This document shows, piece after piece, positions 9,747-19,800 of a DNA stretch of 40,970 bases (positions are counted from its first letter, which is position 1; each line of letters starts with the position of its first letter). Source of the DNA: Eubacteriales bacterium (GTDB lineage Bacteria; Bacillota; Clostridia; Oscillospirales; JAAYXM01); assembly GCA_045595605.1 (NCBI GenBank), contig JAZOAS010000151.1, positions 1-40,970 of the forward strand. Direction: 5' to 3'. The translations under genes were made by a program, and so were the position numbers. The notes beneath the pieces were generated by a model. The model was not told where the DNA came from. It saw only the letters and a list, made by a program, of their open reading frames with translations, and did no database searches.

Positions 9747-12700
9747 TATTACTTCAATAAAGTCGTCGCAGGTTGCAAGATAAAGTACAGCCTTTGAAGC
9801 GTTCTTGCCTGTCATTTCAAAAAGAGCACGACGGTAAGCAAGAACCTGCGCTTTGTATTTTTCGAGGACTTCGCCGCTTGGTCGGTTGCGGTCAGTTTTG
9901 AAATCAACGATTGTTATTTCGCCGTCCTTCTCAAAATACATATCAATAACACCCTGAAGGAGAATGTCATCCCCTGAGAGCGCGCTATTCTCTAAAAGCT
10001 CGTCTGCGGGAAGGAGAACGGAGAATTTGAACTCGCGGTAAACCTTATCGGCAGATTCCATTGCTTTTCCGATGTCGGATGTGAGAAAGGCGTGTATTCT
10101 TTCGGGAGAGATTGATTCCACCTGCGCTTTTGTGAGAAACTTCTCATCATAAAGCCGTGAAAGCTCGCGCTCAATGCCGTCGATTGAAGCGCATTTTGAA
10201 AAATCAACGAACTGCATAGCCATGTGAAGCGCTGTTCCCCGTTCTGCGGGGGAGAGCGTTTTTTCACGGATGAATCGCGGGCGCATGGGCTTTTTATGTG
10301 TAATCACAGCATCCCCGCGCGATTTTGCACCGAGCTTCGTAGCGGTGAGCTTTGACGGCGTTTTTGTCGCAAGAGAATGCGGATATACGAAAGTGGGAAG
10401 AGTTGCGCTTTCCGCATTTTCGTTTTCCTGCTCAAGGTTTTCTGCTGCTTCTTTATATGAAGCTATCTCGTCTGACGGAACGACATACGCGTCGATATCA
10501 AAATCATTTTCACCGCCGGAGAGCTCAACACCGCCGTAGGAAAAGAGCGATTCTCCCGCAGTTGTTCTGAGAAGCGGGATAAGAAACCAAAGGGCCGCGT
10601 CGTTTCGTCTTGTGAGGTTTGAAGAGTCGAGCGCGGAGTATGGGTTTTTGAAGGCAAAGTCAAAGAGCTTCTTTTTCGCATTGTCGCGGGATGCGGTAAT
10701 AAACATCTTCTCCCTTGCGCGCGTAAGCGCGACATAAAGAAGTCTCATTTCCTCGCTCTTCTGGTCTGCAAGAATTCTTCTTCGGATAGACTCTCTCATA
10801 ACCGTTGTGCAGAAAAGCGCGTTCTCGTCATCCTTGAATTTTGTGCCGATTCCAAGCTTCGGATGAATGAGAATAGGGTTCTTTATATCCTCAAGGTTAA
10901 AACTCCGTATTACATTTCCGACAAAGACGATAGGGAACTCAAGTCCCTTTGACTTGTGCATCGTCATAATGGTGACGGAATTCTGTGAAAAACTTTTCGG
11001 AACGACGATGTCCCCACCGTTTTCGATGAGCTTTGCGATGTGAGAGATAAACTTATAAAGTCCGCAGTAGCCGAGAGACTCAAAGTCCTCAGCGCACTTG
11101 TAGAACGCAAGAAGGTTTTTCTGCCTTTCCCTTCCGTATGAAAGCGCGCCGAACATTCCAAGCGCGTTTGTACGGTTGTAGATTTCCCATATCAGCTCGC
11201 TTGCGCTCATTCCTCGCGAAAGTGAGCGAAGTGTGCGGAGAAGCTCAAGGAAATCGCGACATTTTTTTGCCGCCTCGCTGTTTTTCCCGGCAAGGCTTTT
11301 CATCGAAGAGATGAACGAAGAGCCCCTCTCTTTTCGTATTTCGCACAAATCGTCAGCAGAGAAGGCGAACATCGGAGACTTGAGCGCTGCAATAAGCGGA
11401 ATGTCAGAGGTCGGATTGTCGATGACCGAAAGAAGAGAAACAATTGCGCTTACCTCGCTCTTCTCGAGAAGGGCATCAGGCTTTGGCGAAGAAAACGGAA
11501 TACCAAGACGCGCAAGCTCGCGTTCATAGCTCTCTGCGGCAGTGGAGGTGGAACGCAGAAGAACGGCAAAGTCGCTGTATCTGCAAGGGCGCTTTCCGGA
11601 ATCTTTATCGGTAATTTCAAAACCGCCATTTACAAGCTCCGCTATTTTGTTTGCCGTAAAGCGAGCTTCCGCATCGACGCCCTTTTCCTCACCCTTTACA
11701 TAGTCGATAAGGCAAAATTCTGTTTTCATTCCGTGCATGTCCGGAATATCATCCCGCGCAACGAGAAAATGGTCCTCGGTGTAGTCAACACCGCCGAGGT
11801 TTTCGGTCATAATCCGCTTGAAAAGGCTGTTTGAGGTGTCAAGAATCTCGCGTCTTGAACGGAAGTTTCTCGAAAGGGTTATGACCCGCGCCTCATCGCC
11901 TTTGGCTTCGTCATACTTCTTGAAGGTTTTGTACTTCTTCATAAATATTGACGGGTCAGCAAGACGGAAGCCGTAGATAGACTGCTTGACATCGCCGACC
12001 ATTACTATGTTTTTTTCATCGCGCGAAACAGAGCGGAAGATGATGTCCTGAATAATGTTGCTGTCCTGGAACTCGTCAAGCAAGATTTCGGTAAATGAGG
12101 CAGAAACCTCTTTTGCGGTCTCGCTCGGTATGACGGTGTCGTTTTCTTCGTCATAATCTGAGATGAGAAGGCGTATGCAGAAATGTTCAAGGTCTGAATA
12201 GTCGAGAACACCGCGACGGAGTTTTTCAGCTTCAAAGCGCTCAGAAAGCTCTGATGTGAGAGCGCAGAGTGAGGTTATGATGGGGTAGAGAAGCTCTGCC
12301 TCTTTCAGGAGAACTTCGCTTTCTGCAAGCATAAGCTTTTCGGGAATGCTCTTTATGTCCTCCTTGACAACTTTGTATAAAGCTCCGACCTTTTCGGGAA
12401 TAGTTTTATCCTCGATTTTGCGCGATGAGGGAAGTCTTTCAAGCTCAAAGGAGGAGGTTTTCTCAAAGAGCGTGTTCCAATCCTCCGAGAAGCATTCCAA
12501 AATTTTCACGGTTGCTACGGCAAGAGGCTCGGAATAAAGCTCGCTCGTGTCGGCATACTGCTGTGCATCATGAAGCAGAGTTTCAAGGGCAAGACGCGAG
12601 GAATTAAGAATCTCCGTCGCATCGCGCATAACCGCCTGACCCCAGACGGTTTCAGAAACGGAGCTTATCTTAGCTGTGTTATACGCGTCACAGGATGCCT

Positions 12701-13274
12701 GAAGCCACTTTTCGGGGTAGGGGTGACTTCGGCTTTTTTTATAAAGCTCAATAACCGAGGAGAAGAGAAGGCGGTCAGAGCGCCCGTCGTTCATATAGTC
12801 GGCAAGAGCGAGAAAGGACGGGTCTTTGCTTTCGTACATTTCTTCAATAAGCTCGGTTAAAATGTCTTTGAGGATGAGCTCTTCTTCCGATTCGTCAAGA
12901 ATACGGGAAAGCGAGGAGAGCCCTTCAAAATTGCCGTAGTTTTTCAAAAGCCACGAGCAGAAGGAGTGAACGGTTGAAATCCTCGCGCTTCCTGCAAGGG
13001 CAAGCTGGCGGCGAAGATGACGGTCATCGGGCGTTTCAGCAATTTTTTCGTGAAGCGCGCGGCTTATCTTCTTTCGGAGCTCGCCCGCCGCCGCTTTTGT
13101 GTATGTGATTATGAGAAAATCCGTAATGTCGCGATTTTCGCGCGTTATAAAGCCGAGAAGCCTCTCTACAAGAACAGCTGTCTTTCCGCTGCCTGCCGCA
13201 GCTGAAACGAGGAGAGAGCTTCCACGGTGATTTATGGCATTTTGCTGGTCAGGTGTCCAGGTTGTTTTGCTCAT
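9744..13274 (-). CDS. addA: ATP-dependent helicase/nuclease subunit A (AddA)
   Basis: 1176 aa with UvrD-type helicase motifs (AAAGSGKT, LLDEFQDSN) and a C-terminal RecB-type nuclease block (GVIDMYFEKDGEITIVDFKTD). It overlaps the addB stop by 4 nt. Confidence 0.95.
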   Translation of the reverse strand: MSKTTWTPDQQNAINHRGSSLLVSAAAGSGKTAVLVERLLGFITRENRDITDFLIITYTKAAAGELRKKISRALHEKIAETPDDRHLRRQLALAGSARISTVHSFCSWLLKNYGNFEGLSSLSRILDESEEELILKDILTELIEEMYESKDPSFLALADYMNDGRSDRLLFSSVIELYKKSRSHPYPEKWLQASCDAYNTAKISSVSETVWGQAVMRDATEILNSSRLALETLLHDAQQYADTSELYSEPLAVATVKILECFSEDWNTLFEKTSSFELERLPSSRKIEDKTIPEKVGALYKVVKEDIKSIPEKLMLAESEVLLKEAELLYPIITSLCALTSELSERFEAEKLRRGVLDYSDLEHFCIRLLISDYDEENDTVIPSETAKEVSASFTEILLDEFQDSNIIQDIIFRSVSRDEKNIVMVGDVKQSIYGFRLADPSIFMKKYKTFKKYDEAKGDEARVITLSRNFRSRREILDTSNSLFKRIMTENLGGVDYTEDHFLVARDDIPDMHGMKTEFCLIDYVKGEEKGVDAEARFTANKIAELVNGGFEITDKDSGKRPCRYSDFAVLLRSTSTAAESYERELARLGIPFSSPKPDALLEKSEVSAIVSLLSVIDNPTSDIPLIAALKSPMFAFSADDLCEIRKERGSSFISSMKSLAGKNSEAAKKCRDFLELLRTLRSLSRGMSASELIWEIYNRTNALGMFGALSYGRERQKNLLAFYKCAEDFESLGYCGLYKFISHIAKLIENGGDIVVPKSFSQNSVTIMTMHKSKGLEFPIVFVGNVIRSFNLEDIKNPILIHPKLGIGTKFKDDENALFCTTVMRESIRRRILADQKSEEMRLLYVALTRAREKMFITASRDNAKKKLFDFAFKNPYSALDSSNLTRRNDAALWFLIPLLRTTAGESLFSYGGVELSGGENDFDIDAYVVPSDEIASYKEAAENLEQENENAESATLPTFVYPHSLATKTPSKLTATKLGAKSRGDAVITHKKPMRPRFIREKTLSPAERGTALHMAMQFVDFSKCASIDGIERELSRLYDEKFLTKAQVESISPERIHAFLTSDIGKAMESADKVYREFKFSVLLPADELLENSALSGDDILLQGVIDMYFEKDGEITIVDFKTDRNRPSGEVLEKYKAQVLAYRRALFEMTGKNASKAVLYLATCDDFIEVI

Positions 13275-16200
13275 TTCTCCTCCTCCTTTTCAAGAATGTC
13301 CTTGTATTTAATTTCGCAAAGCTCACGCATACGGTCGCTTGTTCTGTCTTCATCAAAGGCACAGACGCTCTTATAGTCGCACCACTTGCAGGAATCTGAG
13401 TTTCCGTCGCGGTACGGGTTCGGGTCGATTATTCCGGAAGAAAGCTCGTCACCTATGCGCTTTAAAATGTCCTGAAGGCGCTTCTTTATGCGGTCAAACT
13501 CATTCTCGGTAAGAGCTATGGAAGAAGCTGTGAGCGAGCCGTCCCTTTTGAACGAAACGGGGATATATTTTTTCTCTTCACCAAATTCCATAGCATTTAT
13601 TATGTCAAAGTTCTTGAGAATCGCGCCCTCGCGCTTTGTGACCGTATCCTTTTCACCGCGTGTTTCTGAATAACTGCGGGCAAGCGGGACATACATAACT
13701 CCTGCCGCGTGGGGAATTTCTCCGTAGCGTTGCTCGCCCATTTCCTCAAGGGCGAACATATACAGAAGAAGCTGCATTCCGATACCGTTTACGGTTTCGT
13801 CAAGTGAAAAGTGCTTGGTTCCCGATTTGTAGTCTATAACCCTGAAATAAAGCTTACCGTCTTTTGAGAAGGTGTCGATTCGGTCAACCTTACCTGAGAA
13901 CGAAACGAGAGAAGTCTCACCCGAAATTTCAAGCGCGGGAAGGTCACCGCCGTTTGCAAAGCTGAGCTCAAATTCGCTCGGCGTAAAGCTTCCGCTTCTG
14001 AGCTCGTTGCAGATGTCAAGAACTGCGGCGATAACGGTCCTTTCAATTCTTGAAAGGAGAAACTGCATTCTGCCGGGAAGCTTTCCGGTATCACCGAGAT
14101 TCTCGGAAAGATACTCAGAAACGGCCTCGCGGGTGAATTTTCGCGCTGTATCATCGTCATAAGTTCCCTCCGCAACAAGACGGCAGATAACCTTTTCGAG
14201 GACATAATGCATGAGATTGCCCGCCTCAATCGGAGAAATCTCAGCTCTCTCCTTCGGGTATGCGGAGAGACCGTACCTGAGGAAGTACGCGTATCTGCAA
14301 GAGGAGAAGAGATCCGCGCGGGATGCGCTGAGGCGGATTTTCTTTCCGAAAACAGCCTCAATATTGTCTTTTGAGATAATCGGTCCGCGCGTATTCAAAG
14401 AGTTTCTTTGTATGTCTGAAAGCTTTTTTGAAAGCTCTGTATCCGTCTCGTCAAAGACGATTTTCTTTCCGGAAGAAACGCAGTCATCAAAGCAAGGTGT
14501 GCGGGAAAGAGCACGGGCGTCAGAAAGCGACATCGCGGAGGAAAAGTCAGGGAACTGTTCGCGTATTTTCGAAACAGAGTCTGCCTCGTACATCTCTTCG
14601 CCGTTTGAAGAAAGGGTGAGAGAGCTTATGTAAAGTTCTTTTTCAGCAGAGCAAAGAACGCTGTGGACACGGCGAAGGTCATTGAAAATTCTGTCGCAAA
14701 AAGCGGGAGCGAGAGAAATTCCAAGGTCTGAAAGCTCGCGTCTGTCATTGTCGGTAAGAAAGCCCGAATCGCTTTCAGCTGCGGGAAAAGCGCCGTCATT
14801 TGCACCGAGAACTATGCGATAGTTGCATCGCTCACCGTCAGCGCGCGAAAGGTCCGAAATATTAACACAGTCAATCGTTGCGGGAATTGTCGCAAGCTCG
14901 TACTGAGAGACGACGAGCTTGAAAAGGTGACAGATGTCCTCGGGGGCAATTTTTTCTGATTTTATACGCCCTATATCATCAATAACCTCATACAGTATCC
15001 CGAGGATAGCCTCTCCCTCCTGCGCGTCTTCAAAACGCGAGGAAAGCTCGGCAAGATAAACGGATGCCGAAACACGGCGGGGCAGATTTATTCTGTTTAT
15101 AAAATCGTACAGAGCCGTTGCAACATCCTCGCCGCCGTTGTTCTTTTTTATAGCTTCACGCAGTTCATTTACAGGCTCATAAACCTTGCGCCTTACTCGG
15201 TTTATGATATTGAGAAGGCTTTTGCTTTCTTCTGTTTCGTGGGAAGCAATACCAAATGGGTTCTTCTCGAAATCTTTTCCTGTTTGCCATTCATAGCTTT
15301 TCGGAGACCAGGTGTAGAGATAGTTTTCAAATATGTCAAGGCTTCCTGCGGAGATACCCGCAAAGCCTGTTTTGATGTATTCGGTAACAAGGTCACACTT
15401 AAAGTCGCGTACGCATATTTCAAGCGCGGTCATGATAAGTGAAACGACAGGCTTTGACAAAAGGTCGCTTGCCTGATTTGAGTATGAGGGAATGCCGAAG
15501 CGTTTTAAGACGGCCTCGCAGATGCGGAGATAGCTCTTGTCGCAGACCGCAACGGAAAAGTCGCGAAACCGCGCGCCCTCTGTGATTTTTTTGAGAACAT
15601 ATCCCGCGGCGAGCTCACATTCCTCAAAAACGGTATCTGAGGTAGAGATGCAAATCTCGGGTGCAGGGAAGGGAGAGAGACCTTTCTCCTCAGAAGAAAG
15701 AGCGAGGTCAAGGTATCCGAGTGCATCGGTCTTTTCGCGTTCAAGGAAGACCTCCTGCACTTTTATGCCGTTTTTATCCGCGAGAGAAAGAAGTGTTTTT
15801 CTTGCTGTAAGAGCTTCGTCAAATATGCTGTTATCGGCGCTCTCGCTCGCCTCACGCGGAAGCTCTAGCGTGACATAAACATCGTCTGCCGATTTGATAG
15901 CGGCATCAATTATGTCAAACTGAAGCGCTGTGAAGCCGTAAAAACAGTCAAAGTAAACCGATCTTCCACGGAAAAAGTCGGTTTTTGAAACAGAGTCTGC
16001 AACAAAGGCAAGCTCGTCGTACGCGTCAAAAGAATCTTCGCCGAGCCGGTTTTCGTACGCGGCAAAAATAAGCGAAATGTCAGAAACTTTCCGCGCAAGA
16101 GACGCGCTCATCTCACCTGCAAGGGCTGCAAGCTTTTCGGGCGAGATGCCGTATGATTTGAATTCGTCAATGAGCGCGAGCATAGCCTCAAGCTTTTCGG

Positions 16201-16531
16201 GGCGGAGCATGTCCCTTGAAAGTGAAGAGAGTGAGGGCAGGACATCAGCAACGGCGGAGTGAAGATGAAGCATCCGCGTGCCGTTTCCGATGATATTTGC
16301 CGCAACGCCGCCAAACTCAGCCTTGACCTTTGAGGCAAGGCGACGGAAGCTTGTGACCTCGGTATAAAGGGACGCGGAATTTCCGAGACGCTCGCAAAGG
16401 AGACGCTCGGTTACATGAGAAAACTGCTCAGGGACGATGAGAAGATTTCCCATATCCTTTGAGCTTTTAATCTTATCGATTATGTATGAAGTTTTTCCGC
16501 TTTTGACTCTTCCGCGCACTAAATAAAGCAT
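13271..16531 (-). CDS. addB: ATP-dependent helicase/nuclease subunit B (AddB)
   Basis: Carries N-terminal GRVKSGKTS and a C-terminal nuclease domain with Fe-S cysteines (SSCRYAYF ... CKWCDYKSVC). I place the start at ATG 16531 (MLYLVRG) because GGAGGG lies 7 nt upstream and a -35/-10 promoter sits inside the longer track ORF. Confidence 0.9.
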   Translation of the reverse strand: MLYLVRGRVKSGKTSYIIDKIKSSKDMGNLLIVPEQFSHVTERLLCERLGNSASLYTEVTSFRRLASKVKAEFGGVAANIIGNGTRMLHLHSAVADVLPSLSSLSRDMLRPEKLEAMLALIDEFKSYGISPEKLAALAGEMSASLARKVSDISLIFAAYENRLGEDSFDAYDELAFVADSVSKTDFFRGRSVYFDCFYGFTALQFDIIDAAIKSADDVYVTLELPREASESADNSIFDEALTARKTLLSLADKNGIKVQEVFLEREKTDALGYLDLALSSEEKGLSPFPAPEICISTSDTVFEECELAAGYVLKKITEGARFRDFSVAVCDKSYLRICEAVLKRFGIPSYSNQASDLLSKPVVSLIMTALEICVRDFKCDLVTEYIKTGFAGISAGSLDIFENYLYTWSPKSYEWQTGKDFEKNPFGIASHETEESKSLLNIINRVRRKVYEPVNELREAIKKNNGGEDVATALYDFINRINLPRRVSASVYLAELSSRFEDAQEGEAILGILYEVIDDIGRIKSEKIAPEDICHLFKLVVSQYELATIPATIDCVNISDLSRADGERCNYRIVLGANDGAFPAAESDSGFLTDNDRRELSDLGISLAPAFCDRIFNDLRRVHSVLCSAEKELYISSLTLSSNGEEMYEADSVSKIREQFPDFSSAMSLSDARALSRTPCFDDCVSSGKKIVFDETDTELSKKLSDIQRNSLNTRGPIISKDNIEAVFGKKIRLSASRADLFSSCRYAYFLRYGLSAYPKERAEISPIEAGNLMHYVLEKVICRLVAEGTYDDDTARKFTREAVSEYLSENLGDTGKLPGRMQFLLSRIERTVIAAVLDICNELRSGSFTPSEFELSFANGGDLPALEISGETSLVSFSGKVDRIDTFSKDGKLYFRVIDYKSGTKHFSLDETVNGIGMQLLLYMFALEEMGEQRYGEIPHAAGVMYVPLARSYSETRGEKDTVTKREGAILKNFDIINAMEFGEEKKYIPVSFKRDGSLTASSIALTENEFDRIKKRLQDILKRIGDELSSGIIDPNPYRDGNSDSCKWCDYKSVCAFDEDRTSDRMRELCEIKYKDILEKEEEK

Positions 16532-16562
16532 GTAGAGACCCTCCGAAAAAATATCTGTCTTT

Positions 16563-16591
16563 AGTATATCATATTTGCTTTCTTTCGGCAA
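16563..16591 (-). promoter_or_regulatory. putative sigma-A promoter for addBA
   Basis: Minus strand reads TTGCCG-17 nt-TATACT, with TGa upstream of the -10. Confidence 0.4.
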
Positions 16592-16599
16592 ATTTTATG

Positions 16600-16628
16600 T
16601 TGATACAACGGAGAATTTAAGATATACT
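16600..16628 (+). promoter_or_regulatory. putative sigma-A promoter for hflX
   Basis: TTGATA-17 nt-TATACT, about 30 nt upstream of the hflX start. Confidence 0.45.
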
Positions 16629-16658
16629 TATATTATAACAGATTAAGAGGACAAAAAA

Positions 16659-17933
16659 ATGGACAGTGAAAAGATATTAGAGCGCGCAGTTCTTGTCGGA
16701 CTTGCGGCGGACATATATACTGAAGACGAAAAGACAGATGAATCAACGCTTTCTGAGCTTTCTGAGCTTCTTTCCACCGCAGGCGGAGAAGAGATATGCA
16801 GAGTTATCCAGCACCGCCACGCGCCCGAGCCAAAAACGCTTATCGGAACGGGTAAGGCGGAGGAGCTTCGCGACTTTATAGAGGCAAACGATATTTCGCT
16901 TGCGGTTTTCGATAATGAGCTTTCTCCCGCGCAGACGAAAAACCTTGAGGATATTCTTGGTGTACGCGTGGTTGACCGCTCAACGCTTATTCTTGATATA
17001 TTCGCATCCCGCGCGCAGTCGAAGGAAGGCAAACTTCAGGTTGAGCTTGCTCAGTATAAATACATCCTTCCTCGCCTTGCGGGAGGCTCAAGATCGCTAT
17101 CCCGCCTTGGCGGCGGAATAGGTACGCGCGGCCCGGGTGAAACAAAGCTTGAGACAGACCGCCGTCATATAAGGCAGAGAATTTCCCGTCTTGAAGAAGA
17201 GCTTTCGACTGTCAGAAATGTCCGCTCTGAGCAAAGAAGAGCAAGACTTCGTCGTGAGGTTCCGCTTGTTGCGCTTATCGGATACACAAACGCGGGAAAG
17301 TCAACTCTTCTGAATACGCTGACAGGGGCGGGAATTCACGCCGAAAACCGCCTTTTTGATACGCTTGATACAACTTCAAGAAAGTTTAAGATAAGCGAAA
17401 CCAGCGAGGTTATCCTGTCAGATACGGTAGGGTTTATAAGAAAGCTGCCGCATCATCTCACGCGCGCGTTCCGCGCGACTCTTGAGGAGCTTCTGTATGC
17501 AGATTTGCTTCTCCATGTAGTTGACGCATCAAACCCTGAGTTTTCAGAGCACGGGCGAGTAGTCGAAAAGGTTATAGAAGAGCTTGGCGCAGGTGAAATA
17601 CCGAAGCTCACAGTTTTCAATAAATGCGATATAGCCGAAAACCTTTCGGATTTTCCGAAGAGCGAAGCTTGCGTCTGTATATCGGCAAAAACGGGCGAGG
17701 GAAAAGACGAGCTTTGCCGAAAAATTCTGCAGGCGCTTTCAAAAACTGAGCGCGAAGTTACTTTTGAAATTCCGTATAATAAATCGTCGCTTCTTGATGT
17801 CCTTCACCGCGAGGGAAAGGTCATCTCCCAGGAGTACGGAAACACTGAAATAACCGTGACGGCGATTGTAAATGATAAGATTTATGGCAGAATAAACCGA
17901 GAACTTGGAGGTGAAACACCTGATGAGCTTTAG
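16659..17933 (+). CDS. hflX: GTPase HflX
   Basis: 424 aa with the HflX N-terminal domain and G-motifs GYTNAGKST, DTVGF and NKCD. Confidence 0.95.
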   Translation: MDSEKILERAVLVGLAADIYTEDEKTDESTLSELSELLSTAGGEEICRVIQHRHAPEPKTLIGTGKAEELRDFIEANDISLAVFDNELSPAQTKNLEDILGVRVVDRSTLILDIFASRAQSKEGKLQVELAQYKYILPRLAGGSRSLSRLGGGIGTRGPGETKLETDRRHIRQRISRLEEELSTVRNVRSEQRRARLRREVPLVALIGYTNAGKSTLLNTLTGAGIHAENRLFDTLDTTSRKFKISETSEVILSDTVGFIRKLPHHLTRAFRATLEELLYADLLLHVVDASNPEFSEHGRVVEKVIEELGAGEIPKLTVFNKCDIAENLSDFPKSEACVCISAKTGEGKDELCRKILQALSKTEREVTFEIPYNKSSLLDVLHREGKVISQEYGNTEITVTAIVNDKIYGRINRELGGETPDEL

Positions 17934-18540
17934 AGTTCCAGCGGGGCGGGGAATTGACGAATTTGTAGAAAAACGCTCGCGCTTTATCGGCGAGGTCAGA
18001 TATACACCGACTGAGGAAGAGGCACTTGCGTTTATTGCAGAGATAAACGAAAAGCACAAAACCGCAACGCACAATGTCTATGCATACTCAATACGAAGTA
18101 ATAACATAATGCGCTATTCTGACAACGGTGAGCCTCAGGGGACGGCAGGGCTTCCTGTTCTCGATGTTTTCAGGAAGGAAGAAGTGTTCGACTTCTGCTG
18201 TGTCGTAACGCGGTATTTTGGCGGAATTCTGCTCGGTGGCGGCGGGCTTGTGCGCGCATATTCCCACTCTGCAAAAATTGCGCTCGATGCGGCGGGGATA
18301 GCTGTTATGCGCCTGTGGCGAGAAGCATCTCTCAGTGTGCCGTATAATATGTTTGAGATTGTCCAGAAGCTCATTACGGAAATGGGTGCAAAAAAAATCA
18401 CATCCGAGTATGGCGCCGAGGTGACCTTGTCGTTTGTGATTCCGTCCGAAGATTTTGATATGCTCGCGTCAAAGATTTTTGACACAAGTGCAGGGAAAAT
18501 TTCCCTCTCGCGCGGCGAAGAAAGATATATGGCAATATAA
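17923..18540 (+). CDS. yigZ: YigZ / IMPACT family protein (UPF0029)
   Basis: Contains the conserved block SDNGEPQGTAGLPVL...VTRYFGGILLGGGGLVRAY. The start is taken as ATG 17923, with GGAGGTG 9 nt upstream, rather than the track's TTG at 17905. Confidence 0.8.
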   Translation: MSFRVPAGRGIDEFVEKRSRFIGEVRYTPTEEEALAFIAEINEKHKTATHNVYAYSIRSNNIMRYSDNGEPQGTAGLPVLDVFRKEEVFDFCCVVTRYFGGILLGGGGLVRAYSHSAKIALDAAGIAVMRLWREASLSVPYNMFEIVQKLITEMGAKKITSEYGAEVTLSFVIPSEDFDMLASKIFDTSAGKISLSRGEERYMAI

Positions 18541-18620
18541 AAAGCTCTGCGGAAAGGCCACAGTCACATAAGGCAGTTTTGCCCTGAAAATCTGTCTTTT
18601 GGCGCATTTTTTCTCAAAAA

Positions 18621-18655
18621 AGGCAAGCGAACCGTCAGGTTAAGCTTGCCTTTTT
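18621..18655. terminator. intrinsic terminator (serves yigZ; A-run and T-run on both sides)
   Basis: AGGCAAGC..AACC-gtca-GGTT..GCTTGCCT followed by TTTTT and preceded by AAAAAA. Confidence 0.7.
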
Positions 18656-18734
18656 CGCTTAAACTGCATCCAAAATCAAGACCTTCAGGGTGCGAGCAGT
18701 TTTGAATTGAGAAATTTTTCGTTTGGATAAATAT

Positions 18735-18773
18735 AAAAATTCCGGGCATACTGTTGTATTCCCGGAATTTTTT
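18735..18773. terminator. intrinsic terminator (serves the minus-strand AEC gene; bidirectional shape)
   Basis: 9-bp stem AATTCCGGG / CCCGGAATT with inner ATAC/GTAT pairing, flanked by AAAAA and TTTTTT. Confidence 0.7.
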
Positions 18774-18856
18774 GTGCAATACAAGCGGAAAATAGCCATT
18801 CAAAACCAATACTTCCTTATGCGGCTGTGGCCAAGTATCCGCAGAGCTTTTGAATT

Positions 18857-19768
18857 TTACAAAAGTGAAAAAACGATAGGGATTGTAATTATTCCGAGAA
18901 TCGCTGACATAAAGCAGACCTTCGCGCCCGATTCCGCATCGCCGCCATATGCTTCGGGGAAAATTACGCTGTTGACGCCCATGGGCATCGCGAGAACGCA
19001 GATTGACGGTATTATCCAGCTTTGAGGAATATTGAGAAGCTTAAAGACAACAAGACAAACGAGCGGGATAACGAGAAGCCTTATTGCCGAGGCTGCATAC
19101 GATCTCCAATCGATAAAGACTGACTTTATGTTGATTCGCGCAAAGACTGTTCCCGTGAGGACCATGGCGCACGGTGTAACCGCGCCCTCAGCCATTTCGA
19201 GAATGCTTATCGCGACTGTCGGGAGTTTGATGTTCAGAAGACCGATAATGATTCCTACAAAGGTCGCAACGAGAGTGGGGTTCAAAAGACCCTTGAGAGA
19301 AATTTTCTCGCCTGAGGTGAGGATAAACAGGCCAATTGTGTAGATGTAGAGGCTGAACGGTATGCAGAAAACAAGCGTATCGAGAAACGCCACTTCACCG
19401 TAAATTGCCTTTGTGAGAGGATATGCCATATACCCGAGGTTCGGGATGGTAAAGCTGTATATGTATATGTTCCGAGTCAGTTTGTTTTTCGAGAAAAGCT
19501 TTGCAAGGAAAATCGCAATAACGCCCGTGACGGTAAGGACTATAACCGAGAAGACAAGGAGCATTATCTTGTCGCTGAGGACATCAAGCTTAAAGTTATT
19601 TGAAAATGAAAGGACAACCATTGCAGGGAGGAAGATGTTAACGATAAGCTTTGAGATATTACTGCCGGCTTCTTTTGTGAGGATGCCGCGCTTTGTGAAA
19701 AAGTATCCTACTCCCATAAAGAAGAACATACTGATAAGTTGGGTAACTGTTATAAGTGTTATCTGCAT
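18857..19768 (-). CDS. AEC (auxin efflux carrier) family transporter
   Basis: 303 aa with about 10 TM helices and the N-terminal pattern typical of the Mem_trans/AEC family. Confidence 0.8.
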   Translation of the reverse strand: MQITLITVTQLISMFFFMGVGYFFTKRGILTKEAGSNISKLIVNIFLPAMVVLSFSNNFKLDVLSDKIMLLVFSVIVLTVTGVIAIFLAKLFSKNKLTRNIYIYSFTIPNLGYMAYPLTKAIYGEVAFLDTLVFCIPFSLYIYTIGLFILTSGEKISLKGLLNPTLVATFVGIIIGLLNIKLPTVAISILEMAEGAVTPCAMVLTGTVFARINIKSVFIDWRSYAASAIRLLVIPLVCLVVFKLLNIPQSWIIPSICVLAMPMGVNSVIFPEAYGGDAESGAKVCFMSAILGIITIPIVFSLL

Positions 19769-19800
19769 TGTGATTCCCTCTCAACTATAAGTTTATACGA

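Larger units (their letters stand above)
18541..18850. repeat. intergenic element bounded by imperfect inverted repeats (33-nt and 36-nt arms)
   Basis: Left arm AAAGCTCTGCGGAAAGGCCACAGTCACATAAGG (18541-18573); right arm CCTTATGCGGCTGTGGCCAAGTATCCGCAGAGCTTT (18815-18850). Complementary blocks of 12, 8 and 7 bp lie in collinear order. Confidence 0.6.

Noticed and set aside
16532-16591. N-terminal extensions offered by the ORF track, for example addB from 16591. Others are yigZ from 17905, thyA from 27414, rpsT from 28497, rnfC from 28939, rnfG from 31257, the HAD gene from 25382, malic enzyme from 35432 and the lipoprotein from 39206.
   Set aside because: In each case a downstream ATG or TTG has a Shine-Dalgarno sequence at 5-9 nt and matches the family's usual N-terminus. 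For addB, the extension would also contain the gene's own promoter.
18541-18850. The inverted-repeat-bounded element considered as a 6S-like or other long closing-stem ncRNA.
   Set aside because: Two strong bidirectional terminators lie inside the putative stem-enclosed region, so a single transcript spanning both arms is unlikely. I see no promoter upstream of either arm. It is kept only as a repeat or element.
18723-19025. A 100-aa plus-strand ORF spanning the right inverted-repeat arm and the 3' end of the AEC transporter gene.
   Set aside because: It starts inside a terminator hairpin region, runs antisense to a well-supported transporter gene, and has no RBS. I treat it as spurious.
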